64,000 nt of DNA, taken from Ignavibacteriaceae bacterium (GTDB lineage Bacteria; Bacteroidota; Ignavibacteria; Ignavibacteriales; Ignavibacteriaceae). The notes below the pieces were generated by a model. It worked only from the letters and a program-made list of their open reading frames with translations, was not told the origin of the DNA and did not search any database. Location of the stretch: the NCBI GenBank assembly GCA_013042995.1, contig JABDPB010000012.1, positions 25,093 through 89,092 of the forward strand. Reading direction: 5' to 3'. Shown piece by piece: positions 1-8,117 of this stretch (the first letter of the stretch is position 1; every line of letters begins with the position of its first letter). The translations under genes were made by a program, and so were the position numbers.

Positions 1-407
1 TAGATGATTATGCACATCATCCAACAGAAACAACCGTTACTCTCGAAGGAATAAGAGCTGGATGGGATAAAAGGTTAGTGGTAGTTTTTCAACCGCACTT
101 ATATACTAGAACAAAGGATTTTTACCAGGAATTTGGAAAATCTTTTCTTAACTCAGATATCTTTATATGTACCGATATATATCCTGCACGCGAGGAACCA
201 ATTGAAGGTGTAAATGGCGAACTAATTTCGAATATTACTAAGAAATTCGGACATAAAAATGTTCATTATGTAAAAAACAAAAATGATGTACCCAAAAAAT
301 TAATGGAAATAAAAAAAGACGGCGATATAATAGTTACAATGGGGGCTGGTGATATTTGGAAATACGGAGACAAATTTGTTGAACTTTTAAAAGAGAGTCA
401 GAATTGA
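1..407 (+). CDS. murC: UDP-N-acetylmuramate--L-alanine ligase, C-terminal part (5' end outside the window)
   Basis: The frame is open from nt 3 and reads DDYAHHPTE..., the Mur ligase C-terminal domain signature. It continues VVFQPHLYTRT...YPAREEPIEGV and lies directly upstream of ftsQ-ftsA-ftsZ. Confidence 0.85.
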   Translation, partial: DDYAHHPTETTVTLEGIRAGWDKRLVVVFQPHLYTRTKDFYQEFGKSFLNSDIFICTDIYPAREEPIEGVNGELISNITKKFGHKNVHYVKNKNDVPKKLMEIKKDGDIIVTMGAGDIWKYGDKFVELLKESQN

Positions 408-1162
408 AAGATCGCAGCAGCAAAATATTTGGTTTGATTTTCTTTTTATTCCTTTGCGGTGGAATTCTGTATTTACTTTTTGCCGGTCCTGATTCAAACA
501 AAGAAAACAAATATGAAAAAATTGAAATAACGAATAATAAACTGCTTACAGAAAATGAATATTTGAAATACTTAGAATTATATGATACAACAATATTTAA
601 AGAGCTGACGCTTGCGGATATAAAAGTAAATCTGGAAAGACACCCATACATAATTAGAGCTGAAGTAAGCCATGATGGAATAAATAAAATTGAAGCGGAA
701 TTAACTGAGAAAATACCAAAAGCTTTAATTATTACTGATAATGAATTCAAACTTGTAACTGAGAAGGGAGAGCTGCTGCCGTTACTTAACAAGAACATCG
801 TAAACGGGCTTCCGATTATTTCAAACATAAAACGAAACAGTAAAGAATTGCTTGATGAAAATGAATTAGAAGCTGCTTTTAAAATTATAAATGCAGTACA
901 ACTGATTGATGAAAATATGTATGAAAGCCTCGCAGAAATAAATCTGAGGAATGGCGGTGATATACTAATAATGTTTGCTGGGTTCAGATTTCCAATCGTT
1001 TTTGGGAAGAATAGTGAAACAAGAAAAATATTAGCGCTGAAAAATATTTGGAGCAATCTGATTAATGAAAAAGGATCAAACTACGATATTGAATACATAG
1101 ATCTTCGGTATAAGAATAAAATATTTATCGGGAAAAGAAAACCTACTGAAACAACAGGATGA
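404..1162 (+). CDS. ftsQ: Cell division protein FtsQ (single N-terminal TM, POTRA-like region)
   Basis: 252 aa with one N-terminal TM helix. It sits between murC and ftsA, its TTG start overlaps the murC stop, and its stop overlaps the ftsA start (ATGA). Assignment rests on position and architecture. Confidence 0.7.
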   Translation: MKDRSSKIFGLIFFLFLCGGILYLLFAGPDSNKENKYEKIEITNNKLLTENEYLKYLELYDTTIFKELTLADIKVNLERHPYIIRAEVSHDGINKIEAELTEKIPKALIITDNEFKLVTEKGELLPLLNKNIVNGLPIISNIKRNSKELLDENELEAAFKIINAVQLIDENMYESLAEINLRNGGDILIMFAGFRFPIVFGKNSETRKILALKNIWSNLINEKGSNYDIEYIDLRYKNKIFIGKRKPTETTG

Positions 1163-2403
1163 AAAAAGAAATAATTGCTGGCTTAGATTTAGGAACAACA
1201 AAAGTTTGTGCTGTAATTGCAGAAAAAGATGAAACAAAATCAACTTTTACTGTATTAGGATTTGGTATAGCGCCATCGGAAGGTTTACACAAGGGGCTCG
1301 TAGCAAACATTGGTAAAACCGCTGAGGCTATAAAAGAAGCTATGGCAATTGCATCGAATCGTGCGGGAGTAAATGTAAATATTGTCAACGTTGGTGTTGC
1401 CGGCGAGCACATTACAAGTATGCGTCACAGAAATTATGTTACAATAAGTAGCGCTGAAAAAGAAATCACTAAAAAAGATCTGGATAGACTGGAAGCAGAT
1501 GTAAGAACAATAAGAATTCCTTCGGACAGGCAGATACTTCACATAATGCCTGAAGAGTTTTCTGTAGATCATCAACCGGGAATTGAAAATCCGGTTGGTA
1601 TGTCCGGATCAAGACTCGAAGCAACAAACCATGTAGTCTTGGCATCAATTCCGGCGATTCAAAATATAAAAAAATCTGTGGAACGTGCCAGCTTAAAAGT
1701 AAAAGATTACATCCTTCAGCCTATTGCATCGAGCACTTCTGTATTGGAAGATAGTGAAATGGATCTTGGGGTTGTACTTTTAGATATTGGTGGCGGAACA
1801 ACAGACATTGCGATTTATCATAAAAAGGCAATTAAACATACAAAGGTAATAGGAATTGCGGGTAACCAGGTAACAAACGATATAAGAGAATCACTCGGAG
1901 TTGTAAGCGAAGAAGCTGAAAAGCTTAAAAAAGAGTATGGCTACGCTACTGAAACTGCAATTATAAAAGATGAAGATATTTTAATTAAAGGTGTGGGTGC
2001 GAGAGGAAACACAAAAATTCCAATCAGCTTGTTAACTCAAATTATAAGCTTAAGGATGCGTGAACTATTTACAATTATTGATAACGAATTGCGAAGCGCT
2101 GGATATAAAAACAAAGTTAAAGCAGGTATTGTACTAACCGGCGGGGGCTGTTTACTTCGGGGTTGTGCAGAACTAGCCGAAGAAGTTTTTGGCTTGCCCT
2201 CAAGGATTGGAGTACCGCAAGAACTCAGTGAAGGATTGGCTAATGAAATAGAAAGTCCGGAGTTCGCAACAGTTGCAGGATTAATAAGAGGTATTCCCGG
2301 CGGTAAATCAAGTGAGTATCAAATTATTAAAAGAAAAAAAGATGTAAAAAATAAATTTAAATTATTTGTAAAAAGAGTACAAGAGTTTTTTGATGAATTA
2401 TAA
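1159..2403 (+). CDS. ftsA: Cell division protein FtsA (actin-like ATPase)
   Basis: Motifs GLDLGTTKVCAVIAE and LLDIGGGTTDIAIY, plus a C-terminal amphipathic tail (VKRVQEFFDEL). Confidence 0.95.
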   Translation: MKKEIIAGLDLGTTKVCAVIAEKDETKSTFTVLGFGIAPSEGLHKGLVANIGKTAEAIKEAMAIASNRAGVNVNIVNVGVAGEHITSMRHRNYVTISSAEKEITKKDLDRLEADVRTIRIPSDRQILHIMPEEFSVDHQPGIENPVGMSGSRLEATNHVVLASIPAIQNIKKSVERASLKVKDYILQPIASSTSVLEDSEMDLGVVLLDIGGGTTDIAIYHKKAIKHTKVIGIAGNQVTNDIRESLGVVSEEAEKLKKEYGYATETAIIKDEDILIKGVGARGNTKIPISLLTQIISLRMRELFTIIDNELRSAGYKNKVKAGIVLTGGGCLLRGCAELAEEVFGLPSRIGVPQELSEGLANEIESPEFATVAGLIRGIPGGKSSEYQIIKRKKDVKNKFKLFVKRVQEFFDEL

Positions 2404-2426
2404 TAACCTAATCACAAGGAGGGAAC

Positions 2427-3716
2427 ATGAATAAATTCGCCACATTGGATCGCGAGAATCCATTGTCTGCTGTTCTAAAAGTAGTTGGAGTTGGCGGCGG
2501 CGGCTGCAATGCTATTGGCAGCATGATTGCTCGGGGCCTGCAGGGCGTTGAATACGTTGCTGTTAACACCGATGCGCAGGTATTAGAAGGCAGCAAAGCT
2601 GCTCACAAAATTCAGGTTGGCAATAACATTACCCGCGGTCTTGGCGCAGGTGCTGATCCCAACATTGGTAAAAAAGCAGTTGAAGAAGATCGTGATAAAA
2701 TAGCTGATGTGCTTGCAGGAAGCGATATGGTGTTTATTACAGCTGGAATGGGTGGCGGCACAGGCACCGGGGGTGCCCCAATAATTGCATCCGTTGCTCA
2801 GAGCATTGGTGCGCTAGTAGTTGGGATTGTTACCAAACCGTTCCGCTGGGAAGGTAAATTGAGAATGATGAATGCCGAAACGGGTATAAAGGAATTACGA
2901 AAGCATGTGGATAGCTTAATTGTGATTCCTAATGAACGAATTTTGAACATTCTTGATGGTACCGTAAACGCTTTTGCAGCTTTCGATAAACCCAATGAAG
3001 TATTATACGAAGCAACACGAGGCATTGCTGACATTATTACCGTTGAAGGATTAATTAATGTTGACTTTGCCGATGTACGCGCAGTAATGAATCAGAGTGG
3101 TGAAGCATTGATGGGATGTGGAATTGCAAGTGGCGAAAACCGTGCAATCGAAGCCGCACAAAAAGCGATAGCGAGTCCTTTGCTAGAAGGTGTAAATATT
3201 CGTGGTGCAAAAAGCGTACTGCTTAACATTACCGGTTCAAGCAATCTTTCTATTCAAGAAATTAATGAAGGTAATAATGTAATTTTTGAAGCAGCCGGTG
3301 AAGAAGCAAATGTAATTTTTGGTTGTGTGCGTAAAGAAGAAATGAACGACTATATTTCCTATACAGTAATAGCAACAGGATTCGACAGCGCCAGAAAAAC
3401 ATTTGCAGCAAGCTCGTTTAAACCTGATTCGAAGAAAACTGGCGAACAGCTTAGCTTCAGAGGCGGGTTCAATTTTATGGATGCAGATAATGTTGATAAA
3501 GAGGATCTTGATGTACCGACAATCCTAAGGGTTAAGAGTCCCTCCACCCAAATGGATGATTCGGAAGAAGAAGAAACAGACAAATCATTTACAGAAAATG
3601 CATCGCGCTATAGCTGGGCAAAAGAAAAAATGGAAAATAAAGAACCGAAGAAAGATTCAAATGAAGATGATGACGATGATGAAAGCTCTTCGTTTTTAAG
3701 AATGATCATGGATTAA
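2427..3716 (+). CDS. ftsZ: Cell division GTPase FtsZ
   Basis: GVGGGGCNA and the tubulin signature GGGTGTGGAP. Long acidic linker and a C-terminal SSFLRMIMD peptide. AGGAGG SD upstream. Confidence 0.97.
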   Translation: MNKFATLDRENPLSAVLKVVGVGGGGCNAIGSMIARGLQGVEYVAVNTDAQVLEGSKAAHKIQVGNNITRGLGAGADPNIGKKAVEEDRDKIADVLAGSDMVFITAGMGGGTGTGGAPIIASVAQSIGALVVGIVTKPFRWEGKLRMMNAETGIKELRKHVDSLIVIPNERILNILDGTVNAFAAFDKPNEVLYEATRGIADIITVEGLINVDFADVRAVMNQSGEALMGCGIASGENRAIEAAQKAIASPLLEGVNIRGAKSVLLNITGSSNLSIQEINEGNNVIFEAAGEEANVIFGCVRKEEMNDYISYTVIATGFDSARKTFAASSFKPDSKKTGEQLSFRGGFNFMDADNVDKEDLDVPTILRVKSPSTQMDDSEEEETDKSFTENASRYSWAKEKMENKEPKKDSNEDDDDDESSSFLRMIMD

Positions 3717-3765
3717 CTATTAAGTCATGCTGATGAAGAGATGCAGATAATAAGATTAAGAGAAT

Positions 3766-3798
3766 GTTTACAAACGAAGTAAACGATTTTGTTTTTTG
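3766..3798 (+). terminator. Weak rho-independent terminator candidate after ftsZ
   Basis: GTTTAC (3766-3771) pairs with GTAAAC (3779-3784), followed by GATTTTGTTTTTTG. The stem is only 6 bp and AT-rich. Confidence 0.35.
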
Positions 3799-3811
3799 AA
3801 ATTTAGATTTT

Positions 3812-3967
3812 AGGATAAGCGGGAATTTTATAGGATATATTTTTCATCTATAAACCGTGCCCCAACGAAAGGACCGCCCTCCTCCTTTCACACGGCGGGA
3901 TGATAATATTTGTTGACCTACTATAGTATCACATTCCACTTTTCTACTCCTGCTTATCCTTTTTTTA
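3812..3967 (+). ncRNA. Candidate structured small RNA (unknown family); strand uncertain
   Basis: GC-rich island in an AT-rich spacer. Nested stems are 3812-3820/3952-3960, 3844-3848/3899-3903, 3855-3859/3891-3895 and 3867-3873/3883-3889. A T7 run follows the closing stem on the + strand. Confidence 0.25.
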
Positions 3968-3981
3968 TTGATGCTAAAATT

Positions 3982-4182
3982 TTACTCATCGGTTAATCGT
4001 GCATCAACAAAAATGTACTCCTCGTTTTCTTTATCGTGTGTAATTAATACTCTGTTCGGTCTGCAGCAAATTTCACAATCCTCAATAAAATCCTGGTCTT
4101 CCATTATTGTAAGATCTACCCACAAACTGTTTTCCTCCCCGCAGTACTGGCAAACCCAGCTTAGCACATCATCTGTTTGCAT
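3982..4182 (-). CDS. CPXCG motif-containing cysteine-rich protein (small zinc-finger protein)
   Basis: 66 aa with CQYCG ... EDCEICCRP, the pattern I recall for the Cys_rich_CPXG family. Confidence 0.7.
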   Translation of the reverse strand: MQTDDVLSWVCQYCGEENSLWVDLTIMEDQDFIEDCEICCRPNRVLITHDKENEEYIFVDARLTDE

Positions 4183-4317
4183 ATTCCCTCCGGGAAAAAT
4201 TTGTTAAATCTAAAAACAATGAAAGAAATTCTTAATCGAAAAGCAATATTTCTAATTTTTCTACTTGCATTTAAACTTTAAAAGTTTAAATTATAGTGTG
4301 CAAATGTTCACTATATT

Positions 4318-6003
4318 ATGTTGGAAAATAGCTCAAAAACGGAAGATTTACTAATTTACCAGGTTCCACCTGAGTGGCGCGATGTGCCCAAAGTTCACGC
4401 ACTTTATCCGCCCATTCCTAAAAACACGGGTAACATTGATTTCGATATTTTCGATTTTGATATGCTCTTCAATGATCCTGCAACGAAGAAACTAATTTGC
4501 ACGGGTAAGACCATCGGCTGTTTCTATATTGAATCACCCGGAATGCGTTCGCTACTGCGGAGACTTGATGTGGAAACTTTTGAAATGCTAACAGCTGCAA
4601 GTTCTGTAATTCGTCCGGGAGTTGCAGAAAGCGGAATGATGAAGGAATTTATTGCACGCCACAAAGATCCGAAGCGAAGAAAATATCTTGTGCCCGAAAT
4701 GGAAATCTATCTTGGCGAAACTTACGGTGTGATGATCTACCAGGAAGATGTAATTAAAGTTGCGCATCACATTGCAGGCTTAAGTTTAGAGGAAGCTGAT
4801 CTTTTGCGAAGAGCAATGAGTGGAAAAATGCGTTCACATCATGCAATGCAAAGAATAGTTGATAATTTTTTTGCTTCAGCAAAAGCAAAAGGTTTAAGTG
4901 ATTATCAGGCTAAAGAACTTTGGAGGCAGATTGAATCCTTTGCAGGGTACTCTTTCTGCAAAGCACACAGTGCATCGTTTGCTTTGCTCTCGTACCAGGT
5001 TGCATTTCTTAAAGCACACTATCCTGCTGAATTTATGGCAAGTGTTTTGAACAATGGCGGCGGATTTTATTCGGCTGCAGTTTATGTGCAGGAATCAAAA
5101 CGTTTAGGTTTGGTGATCGAGCTTCCATCAATTAATGAAAGCGAAAAGGAATATGTGGGAAAGGAGAGAACGATCCGCATTGGATTGAAAGCAATAAAAA
5201 ATCTTTCCTACAGTGGAATAGATAAAATAATTGAAGAAAGAAAACGTAACGGCAAATATGTTTCGCTTGCAGACTTTCTCGTGCGCACAAAGTTTGCTTA
5301 TGAAGAAACAGCTTTGCTTATTAAATGTGGTGCAATGGGCTGTTTCCGCAAAACACGACCGACGCTACTTCGGCTTTTGGATATTTATGTTCACCGTAGA
5401 AAGCTCATTGAAGAAAGTTACAACGATCTTTTTATGAATGAAACTTTTAAACTCGAAAATGAAGTGCAGACAAATCAGAATTATTCACTTGCAGGAATAT
5501 GCAGAGAAGAATATGAAGCTTTCAATTACATGGTAACACGTCATCCGCTTTATTTTTTTAAAGAGTGGATTGAGCAACCCGGAATTGTGCTTGCAAAAGA
5601 TATGTACCGGAACAGGGGAAGAAGAGTAAAGATGATTGGCTGGTATATGACTTCTAAAAGAATTAAAACAAAACAGGGTGAAATAATGAAATTCCTTTCG
5701 CTCGAAGATCTCACCGGAACTTTTGAAGCAGTTATCTTTCCTAGAGTTTACTACCGCGTTGCGGAACTTACACTTTCTATGGGTCCTTATTTTGTTACCG
5801 GCAAGATAGATGCAAACGATCACACAAATCTTATTGTGGAAAATCTAAAGGTGCTTTCATCTATTGAAGCACAAGCTAATTGGCAAAAGGATAGTGTTGA
5901 GCACAATTATTATGGCGATGAAGAAAAAATAACAGAAGAAGATTTTGCGTTAGCAAAAGCACTGGATCAAAAGAAATTAAAAGTAGCCTATGCGGGTGGA
6001 TAA
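4318..6003 (+). CDS. DNA polymerase III alpha subunit (DnaE/DnaE2-type), C-terminal ~55% only; N-terminally truncated, possibly a gene remnant
   Basis: TIGCFYIESPGMRSLL, VIRPGV, YGVMIYQEDV, LEEADLLRRAMSGK, FAGYSFCKAHSASFALLSYQ and a C-terminal OB-fold-like segment (VKMIGWYMTSKRIKTKQGEIMKFLSLEDLTG). No PHP or palm region appears in the ORF or in the 600 bp upstream. Confidence 0.8.
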   Translation: MLENSSKTEDLLIYQVPPEWRDVPKVHALYPPIPKNTGNIDFDIFDFDMLFNDPATKKLICTGKTIGCFYIESPGMRSLLRRLDVETFEMLTAASSVIRPGVAESGMMKEFIARHKDPKRRKYLVPEMEIYLGETYGVMIYQEDVIKVAHHIAGLSLEEADLLRRAMSGKMRSHHAMQRIVDNFFASAKAKGLSDYQAKELWRQIESFAGYSFCKAHSASFALLSYQVAFLKAHYPAEFMASVLNNGGGFYSAAVYVQESKRLGLVIELPSINESEKEYVGKERTIRIGLKAIKNLSYSGIDKIIEERKRNGKYVSLADFLVRTKFAYEETALLIKCGAMGCFRKTRPTLLRLLDIYVHRRKLIEESYNDLFMNETFKLENEVQTNQNYSLAGICREEYEAFNYMVTRHPLYFFKEWIEQPGIVLAKDMYRNRGRRVKMIGWYMTSKRIKTKQGEIMKFLSLEDLTGTFEAVIFPRVYYRVAELTLSMGPYFVTGKIDANDHTNLIVENLKVLSSIEAQANWQKDSVEHNYYGDEEKITEEDFALAKALDQKKLKVAYAGG

Positions 6004-6069
6004 AGCAACAAAAAGAATAGGAACAAATTCATATATTGCGCTAAATAAATTTAAGGAGTTGTTATTTAA

Positions 6070-6672
6070 ATGATATTAAAATCAACAGGCATACTTATAT
6101 TTTTAATCATTCTGCTTTCCTGCAGTTCATCAACACAATTAACGGATATATATGTAGATAAAAACTTCGCCGCGGAAGAATTAAAGAAGGTTTTGGTTTT
6201 AGGAATTGCAAAAGAAGATTGGAAGAAGAAGGTTTATGAAAATGAGTTCCGTTCTGAATTGCGTAAACACAACATAGAAGTGCTAACTGCATGGCAGGAA
6301 TTACCTAAAGGTGAAGAACTTACTAAAGAAACTTTTGAAAAATACTTTAAAGACCAAAATGTTGATGCGGTTCTAGTAGCTATTGCTGCAGGTGAAAGCA
6401 CGGAAGAAACTCTTTACAGCGGAGGAACTTCGCACGTTTATATGGGTTTTTATGGTTTCTACTTTTCAACTGCTGCAGTATTTTATAGTCCGGGATATTT
6501 ATCCGAAGAAAAAATTGTGCATATGAAAACAAATCTTTATGAAACAGGTGAAGGTAAAATCATCTGGAGTGCTAAGTCACAATCTTATGAACCAAAAAAC
6601 ACAAAGGAAGTAATTCAGACTGTTAGTAGAGATGTTGTTGACGAATTGTATTTAGCGGGATTTGTAAAGTAG
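6070..6672 (+). CDS. Lipoprotein of unknown function (possibly DUF4136-like)
   Basis: Signal peptide with lipobox LLSC. Loose resemblance to the DUF4136 protein at 22227 (C-terminal ...GKIIWSAKS). Confidence 0.45.
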   Translation: MILKSTGILIFLIILLSCSSSTQLTDIYVDKNFAAEELKKVLVLGIAKEDWKKKVYENEFRSELRKHNIEVLTAWQELPKGEELTKETFEKYFKDQNVDAVLVAIAAGESTEETLYSGGTSHVYMGFYGFYFSTAAVFYSPGYLSEEKIVHMKTNLYETGEGKIIWSAKSQSYEPKNTKEVIQTVSRDVVDELYLAGFVK

Positions 6673-6677
6673 TCAGA

Positions 6678-8117
6678 CTACTTGGATTGCATTTGCTGGT
6701 TCTTCTTGGCCTCAACGTACTCTTCTTTGGTAATCCAGCCACCGCCAAGAGCTTTATAAAGTTTAATAAACGAATTAAAAGTTAGCTGGCGAAATTCAGA
6801 CAATTGCAGCTCTGCGTTAAATAAGGTCCTGTCTGATTCAAGCACTTCGAGATAGCTTGTCACTCCACCATCATACCGCAATTGTGAAAGCATTGCCGCA
6901 TTCTTTGCTGCAAGATATCGTCGTTCTGTAGATTTAAGCTGCTCTTTAAACGTTTCAACTTCAACTAATGCGTCTTCAACTTCGCGAAAAGCATTTAGTA
7001 CTGTATTTTCATATTGATAAAGAGTCTGTTCAGTTCGTGCTTCTTCTATTTCAACACGACTCGTGTTTTTTCCAAAATTAAAAATCGGACCTAACAAACT
7101 TCCGCTGATTGACCATGCGGGATTTCCATTTGTTAACGTTGATAAATCATCGCTTGCCAAACCAAATATACCGGTTAGACTAATTGAAGGGAACATCTGC
7201 GCCACCGCAACACCAACGTTTGCATTTTGTGATTGTAATAGAAAAAGTGATTCTGAAATATCAGGCCTTCGTTCGAGTAACTGCGATGTTAATCCAACTG
7301 GAATATCTGGTGGAACATCACGTACATCTATATCAATACCTGTTTTAATTGAAGAGGGCATTCTACCCAGTAAAATACTTAACGAATTTTCCGTTTGGGC
7401 TACCAGTCTTTTATATAAAGGTACTGTTGCTGCTGCAATTTCTTTTTGAATTTGTGCCTGATTTAAATCTATTTCTGGAACAATACCTTCATTAAATCTT
7501 TCTTGTATGATTCTTAAACTTTCCATTCTCGAATCAAGTGTTCTTTCAGAGACAAGGAGTCTCTCTCTATAATCTAAAAGAATAAAATATGTACTAACAA
7601 CCTCGGTTATTAAACTTATTTGTATTTTTCTAAGTGAGAATTCAGATGCAAGATATTGTGCTTTTGCGGACTCATTTGCTCTGCGGAATTTTCCCCAGAA
7701 GTCAATTTCCCAATTAACTACAGGTGCAATAAAAAACCCATTTACTTCTGAATCTAACTTTGTTCCACCGCCAAGATAATTACCTCGTGTGGCCTGCCCC
7801 TGTAAATCAATACGCGGAAAAATATCCGCTTTCGTAAATCCAAGATTCGCACGTGCCTCTTCAATTCGTGAAATAGCTATTAACACATCTTTATTTTCGT
7901 TCAGAGCTGTTATTACCAATGTATCAAGCACAGGATCATTGAAGATTTCCCACCATTTTAAGTTTACAAGAGAATCTGTTGCAAGGCTATCGTAATTAAA
8001 ATACTTAGGAATCTCCACTTGAGGTTTTTGAAAATCGGGACCAACAGCACATGAATAGAAAAGAATTCCAAAAATAAACAGAAATAGTATTGATCTTATT
8101 TTAAATCTTTTACTCAT
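6678..8117 (-). CDS. RND efflux outer-membrane factor lipoprotein (NodT/TolC family)
   Basis: Lipobox FYSC, two TolC-type repeats, C-terminal LYKALGGGW. Overlaps the RND pump gene by 8 nt. Confidence 0.9.
   Translation of the reverse strand: MSKRFKIRSILFLFIFGILFYSCAVGPDFQKPQVEIPKYFNYDSLATDSLVNLKWWEIFNDPVLDTLVITALNENKDVLIAISRIEEARANLGFTKADIFPRIDLQGQATRGNYLGGGTKLDSEVNGFFIAPVVNWEIDFWGKFRRANESAKAQYLASEFSLRKIQISLITEVVSTYFILLDYRERLLVSERTLDSRMESLRIIQERFNEGIVPEIDLNQAQIQKEIAAATVPLYKRLVAQTENSLSILLGRMPSSIKTGIDIDVRDVPPDIPVGLTSQLLERRPDISESLFLLQSQNANVGVAVAQMFPSISLTGIFGLASDDLSTLTNGNPAWSISGSLLGPIFNFGKNTSRVEIEEARTEQTLYQYENTVLNAFREVEDALVEVETFKEQLKSTERRYLAAKNAAMLSQLRYDGGVTSYLEVLESDRTLFNAELQLSEFRQLTFNSFIKLYKALGGGWITKEEYVEAKKNQQMQSK

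Noticed and set aside
334-1056. A long antisense ORF (240 aa) opposite ftsQ. Similar shadow ORFs lie opposite ftsA, ftsZ, the RND pump, the PLC-like gene (16011-16502), groEL (45069-46487) and the ClC gene (62719-63720).
   Set aside because: Each lies entirely within a strongly supported gene on the other strand. They have low-complexity, Ser/Phe/Ile-rich or Pro-rich composition and no recognisable motifs, which is typical of antisense frames in AT-rich genomes.
3812-3967. Identification of the structured island as SRP (4.5S) RNA.
   Set aside because: Neither strand shows the conserved domain IV features (GGAA/GNRA tetraloop flanked by the AGCA and G-rich symmetric loop). The apical loop here is 9 nt (CCGCCCTCC).
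4318-4460. The possibility that the truncated DnaE is the C-terminal half of a split-intein dnaE, as in cyanobacteria.
   Set aside because: The N-terminus (MLENSSKTEDLLIYQVPPEW...) has no IntC-like ~36-aa segment ending in HN followed by Cys/Ser/Thr. The break point also does not resemble known intein insertion sites.
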